Below are positions 61,028 to 64,000 of a DNA stretch of 64,000 bases, one piece after another (position 1 is the stretch's first letter; the number at the start of each line of letters is the position of its first letter). The notes under the pieces were generated by a model that saw nothing but the letters and a program-made list of their open reading frames with translations, searched no databases and had not been told where the DNA came from. The stretch spans positions 441,812,001-441,876,000 of the forward strand of contig NC_091287.1 in NCBI RefSeq assembly GCF_032444005.1, read 5' to 3'. The translations under genes and the position numbers were made by a program. The stretch is from Ranitomeya imitator. Taxonomy: Eukaryota.

Positions 61028-62870
61028 CTGCTTCTTAATTCTGTTTTGAACATGTTAAGTTTCAGAAATCTAGAGGAGAAGAAGGATGAAATAGTGGACA
61101 GACATTGAGGGATTCTGGTTAGTAGGGAGGTGATATCTGGTCCAAAGATGTAGATCTGTGTTTCATCAGCATAGAGGTGATACTGAAAGCTGTGAGATTC
61201 CATGAGCCGTCCCAGGCCAAGGGTGTAAATGGAGAAGAGCAGGGTCCCTAGGACTGAACCTTGCGGGACTCCGACAGATAGGGGGCGAGGTGAGGAGGTG
61301 GTGTGTGAGTGAGAGACGCTGAATGTTAGGTCTGTTAGGTATGACGAGATCCAGGATAGGGCCAAATCTGTGATGCCAAGGTATGAGAGGGTCTGTAGTA
61401 ATAGGGAATGGTCGACTGTGTCAAAGGCAGAGGACAGGTCCAGGAGGAGGAGGACAGAGTAGTGTCGCTTGCTCTTGGCGGTTAATAGGTCATTGGTGAC
61501 TTTAGTTAGGGCAGTTTCAGTGGAGTGGTGTGACCGGAAGCCAGATTGTAAGCAGTCGAAGAGGGAGCAAGAAGAGAGATGGGAGGACAGTTCAAGATAG
61601 ACGTGTTGTTCCAGTAGTTTGGAGGCATAGGGGAGAAGTGATATAGGGCGATAGCCAGATACAGAGGATGGGTCAAGAGAGGACTTTTTGAGGATAGGTA
61701 TGTTAGGAGTTGAGTTCCCGACGCTGCACAAAGGAATCTCGAACCTTGCCTGCTGCGGTGGAGCCTGCTGTGGAGGCAGTGGAGCCTGCTTAGCGGAGTC
61801 GTCGGTCCCAGCGTCTGATTCTGTGCAAAGGGTTACTGCTGCCTTTCCAGGCTCTGCCATTGTAGCCTGTACTGATCAGCGGCGAGCAGACGTCTCTGGG
61901 ACTAAGTCCTGCTTTTCCCCTTCTGAGCATGCCCAAAGGAAGACCTCTCAGTGGAGGTCTGGGGTCACATGCTTAGGTACTGCAGTAGCTCCTATTGGTC
62001 CTCTAGGAAGGTCCTGAAGTTGCTCAGTTACTGTAGCAGCTCCCACTGGTTGCTGTGACCGCCAGTGCAGCGCCGTGCGCTATCCCCACGCTTTCCAAAC
62101 CCAAGTTTAGTGGCGTCCAGCAGTGTGGCACCGAATGCACTCTTGTGCTACTTTATTATTTATTATTTCTGTTACGTGCGGTACTGCGGCCCTGTGACGC
62201 AACAGGGTTCGCTTCTTTCACACAGGGTGAAGCTAACCCGTGTGTGTATTCTCATTGTACCGCCATATAGTCCGTCATTGCTTAGCAGCAGGTTCCATCT
62301 CTGCACGGTGGACCCCGGGCTGCGAACGCACCTTATTCCTTTTCTCTAATTATTTGGTGCGTTCCGCTAGCCCTAACATGGTGTGATTGAGGCATGTTTA
62401 AAGCTTGAGGGGAAAACACCAGTTGTTAGTGATAGGTTGAAGAGATGGGTTAGGGTTGGGATGAAGACTGTGGTGAGGTTTGGGATGAAGTGGGATGATA
62501 TCGGGTCAAGTGCACAGGTAGTGAGATGTTATCTTGAGAGTAGAGTGGAGAGTTGATCTTCTGTAATGGTGGAGAAGTTGGTTTTGGAGGTGGAGGGCTG
62601 GAAAGTTGGGAGGAAGGGCTCTGGGGGTTGTTGACCAAAACTGTCTCTGATGTTATCAATCTTATGCTTGAAAAATGAGGCAAAGTCTTCAGCTGAGATG
62701 AGTGGGGAGGGAGGCGTTGCTGGAGGACAGAGGAGAGAATTGAAGGTGTTGAATAACTGTTTAGAGTTGTGAGACAGGGAGGATATGAGAGATGAGAAGT
62801 AGGTTTGTTTAGATGTGGCGAGTGTGGCCTTGAAAGTAGTGAGGGACTGTTTGAATGTGATATTCATTAT
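61028..62870 (-). mobile_element. L2 LINE RT fragment interrupted by a solo LTR
   Basis: [40 protein letters not shown]. Upstream part (FASFFKHKIDNIR) resumes at 62379; cut by a Helitron at 62877. Confidence 0.9.
61701..62378. mobile_element. Solo LTR (678 bp)
   Basis: tgttagg...cctaaca termini; flanks aggta / tggtg fit a decayed 5-bp AGGTG duplication, and the L2 frame rejoins across it. Confidence 0.8.
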
Positions 62871-62876
62871 ATTATA

Positions 62877-64000
62877 CTAGATGGTGGCTCGATTCTAATG
62901 CATCGGGTATTCTAGAATATGTATTTATGTATGTATATAGCAGCCACATAGTATATAGCATAGGCCACGTAGTATATAGGAGCCATGTAGTATATAGCAG
63001 ACAAATACTACATGGCCTGTGCTATATACTATGTGGCTGCTATATACATACATATTGTAGAATACCAGATGCGTTAATACAGGCCATGCAGTTTATAACA
63101 GTGACCACGCAGTATATAACACAGCCACGTACTATATAACACAGCCCACGCAGTATATAACAGCCACGCAGTATATAACACAGGCGACGTAATATATAAC
63201 ACAGGCCACACAGTATATAACACTGGCCACGTAATATATAGCACAGCCCATGCAGTATATAGCAGCCACGTAGTATATAACACTGCCCACCCAGTATATA
63301 ACAACCACGTAATATATAACACAGCCCACGCAGTATATAGCAGCCACGTAGTATATAACACTGCCCACGCAGTATATAGCAGCCACGTAGTATATAACAC
63401 TGCCCATGCAGTATATAACAGTGGCCACATAATATATAGCACAGCCCACGCAGTATATAACACTGCCTATGTAGTATATAGCAGCCACAAGGTATATAAC
63501 ACTGCCCACACAGTATTTATCAGTGTGGGCACCATATCCCTTTTAAAAAAATAATTAAAATAAAAAATAGTTATATACTCACCCCCTGGGATCCACCAAA
63601 GCTCCGGCGATACGCGCGCGGCTGCCACCATCTTCCGTTCCCAGGATGCATTGCGAAATTACCCAGATGACTTGGCGGTCTCGCAAGACCGCTAAGTCTT
63701 CTTAGTAATTTTGCAATGCATCGCCGGGAACGGAAGATGGCGGCCGGCGCGAGCGGCTTGGCGGACTACGGAGGGTGAGAATAGCAGGTTTTTTGTTTTT
63801 TTATTATTTTTAACGTTACATTTTTTTAGTATTGATGCCGCATAGGCAGCATCAATAGTAAAAGTTGGGGACACACAGGGTTAATAGCAGCGGTTACGGA
63901 GTGTGTTACCCGCGGCATAACGCGGTCCGTTATCGCCGGCATTAACCCTGTGTGAGCAGTGACTGGAGGGGAGTATGCGGGCGCCAGGCACTGACTGCGG
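62877..64000 (-). mobile_element. Helitron of the 14347 family, 3' end; runs off the window
   Basis: a|ctagatggtggctcgattctaatgcatcgggtattctagaata is the reverse complement of the family 3' end; ~20-bp degenerate array at ~63075-63510. Confidence 0.8.

Overview
Vertebrate genomic DNA, inferred to be anuran (frog) from its repeat landscape, with one 154-N gap. The only host gene found is ASPH (aspartyl/asparaginyl beta-hydroxylase / junctin / junctate locus) on the minus strand. It comprises a CpG-island promoter (~43.6-44.2 kb), a short coding exon 1 (MAPKRSKPVRK), a 38-kb intron 1, the transmembrane exon 2 (5266-5412) and the 45-nt AKAKDFRYNLSE exon (1503-1547); the gene continues off the left edge. 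Most other sequence is mobile DNA: a young, near-intact chromodomain Gypsy element with 99% identical LTRs, solo LTRs, five non-autonomous Helitrons carrying minisatellites, nested piggyBac-like elements, DD41D and DD38E Tc1/mariner relics, L2/RTE fragments and many MITEs. The most notable signals not shown by the ORF track are hammerhead-ribozyme motifs in intron 1, all in the sense of the ASPH pre-mRNA. One is a satellite-2/retrozyme-type hammerhead in a 357-bp repeat (11989-12033), next to a degenerate Penelope-type one. Another sits at the apex of an 846-bp Penelope fold-back (34980-35025). The Gypsy element shows a tRNA-independent self-priming signature, and a 2.6-kb CpG-rich 35-bp VNTR begins ~270 bp into intron 1. 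The long ORFs over the tandem arrays are artefacts. All calls are by eye; no searches were run.
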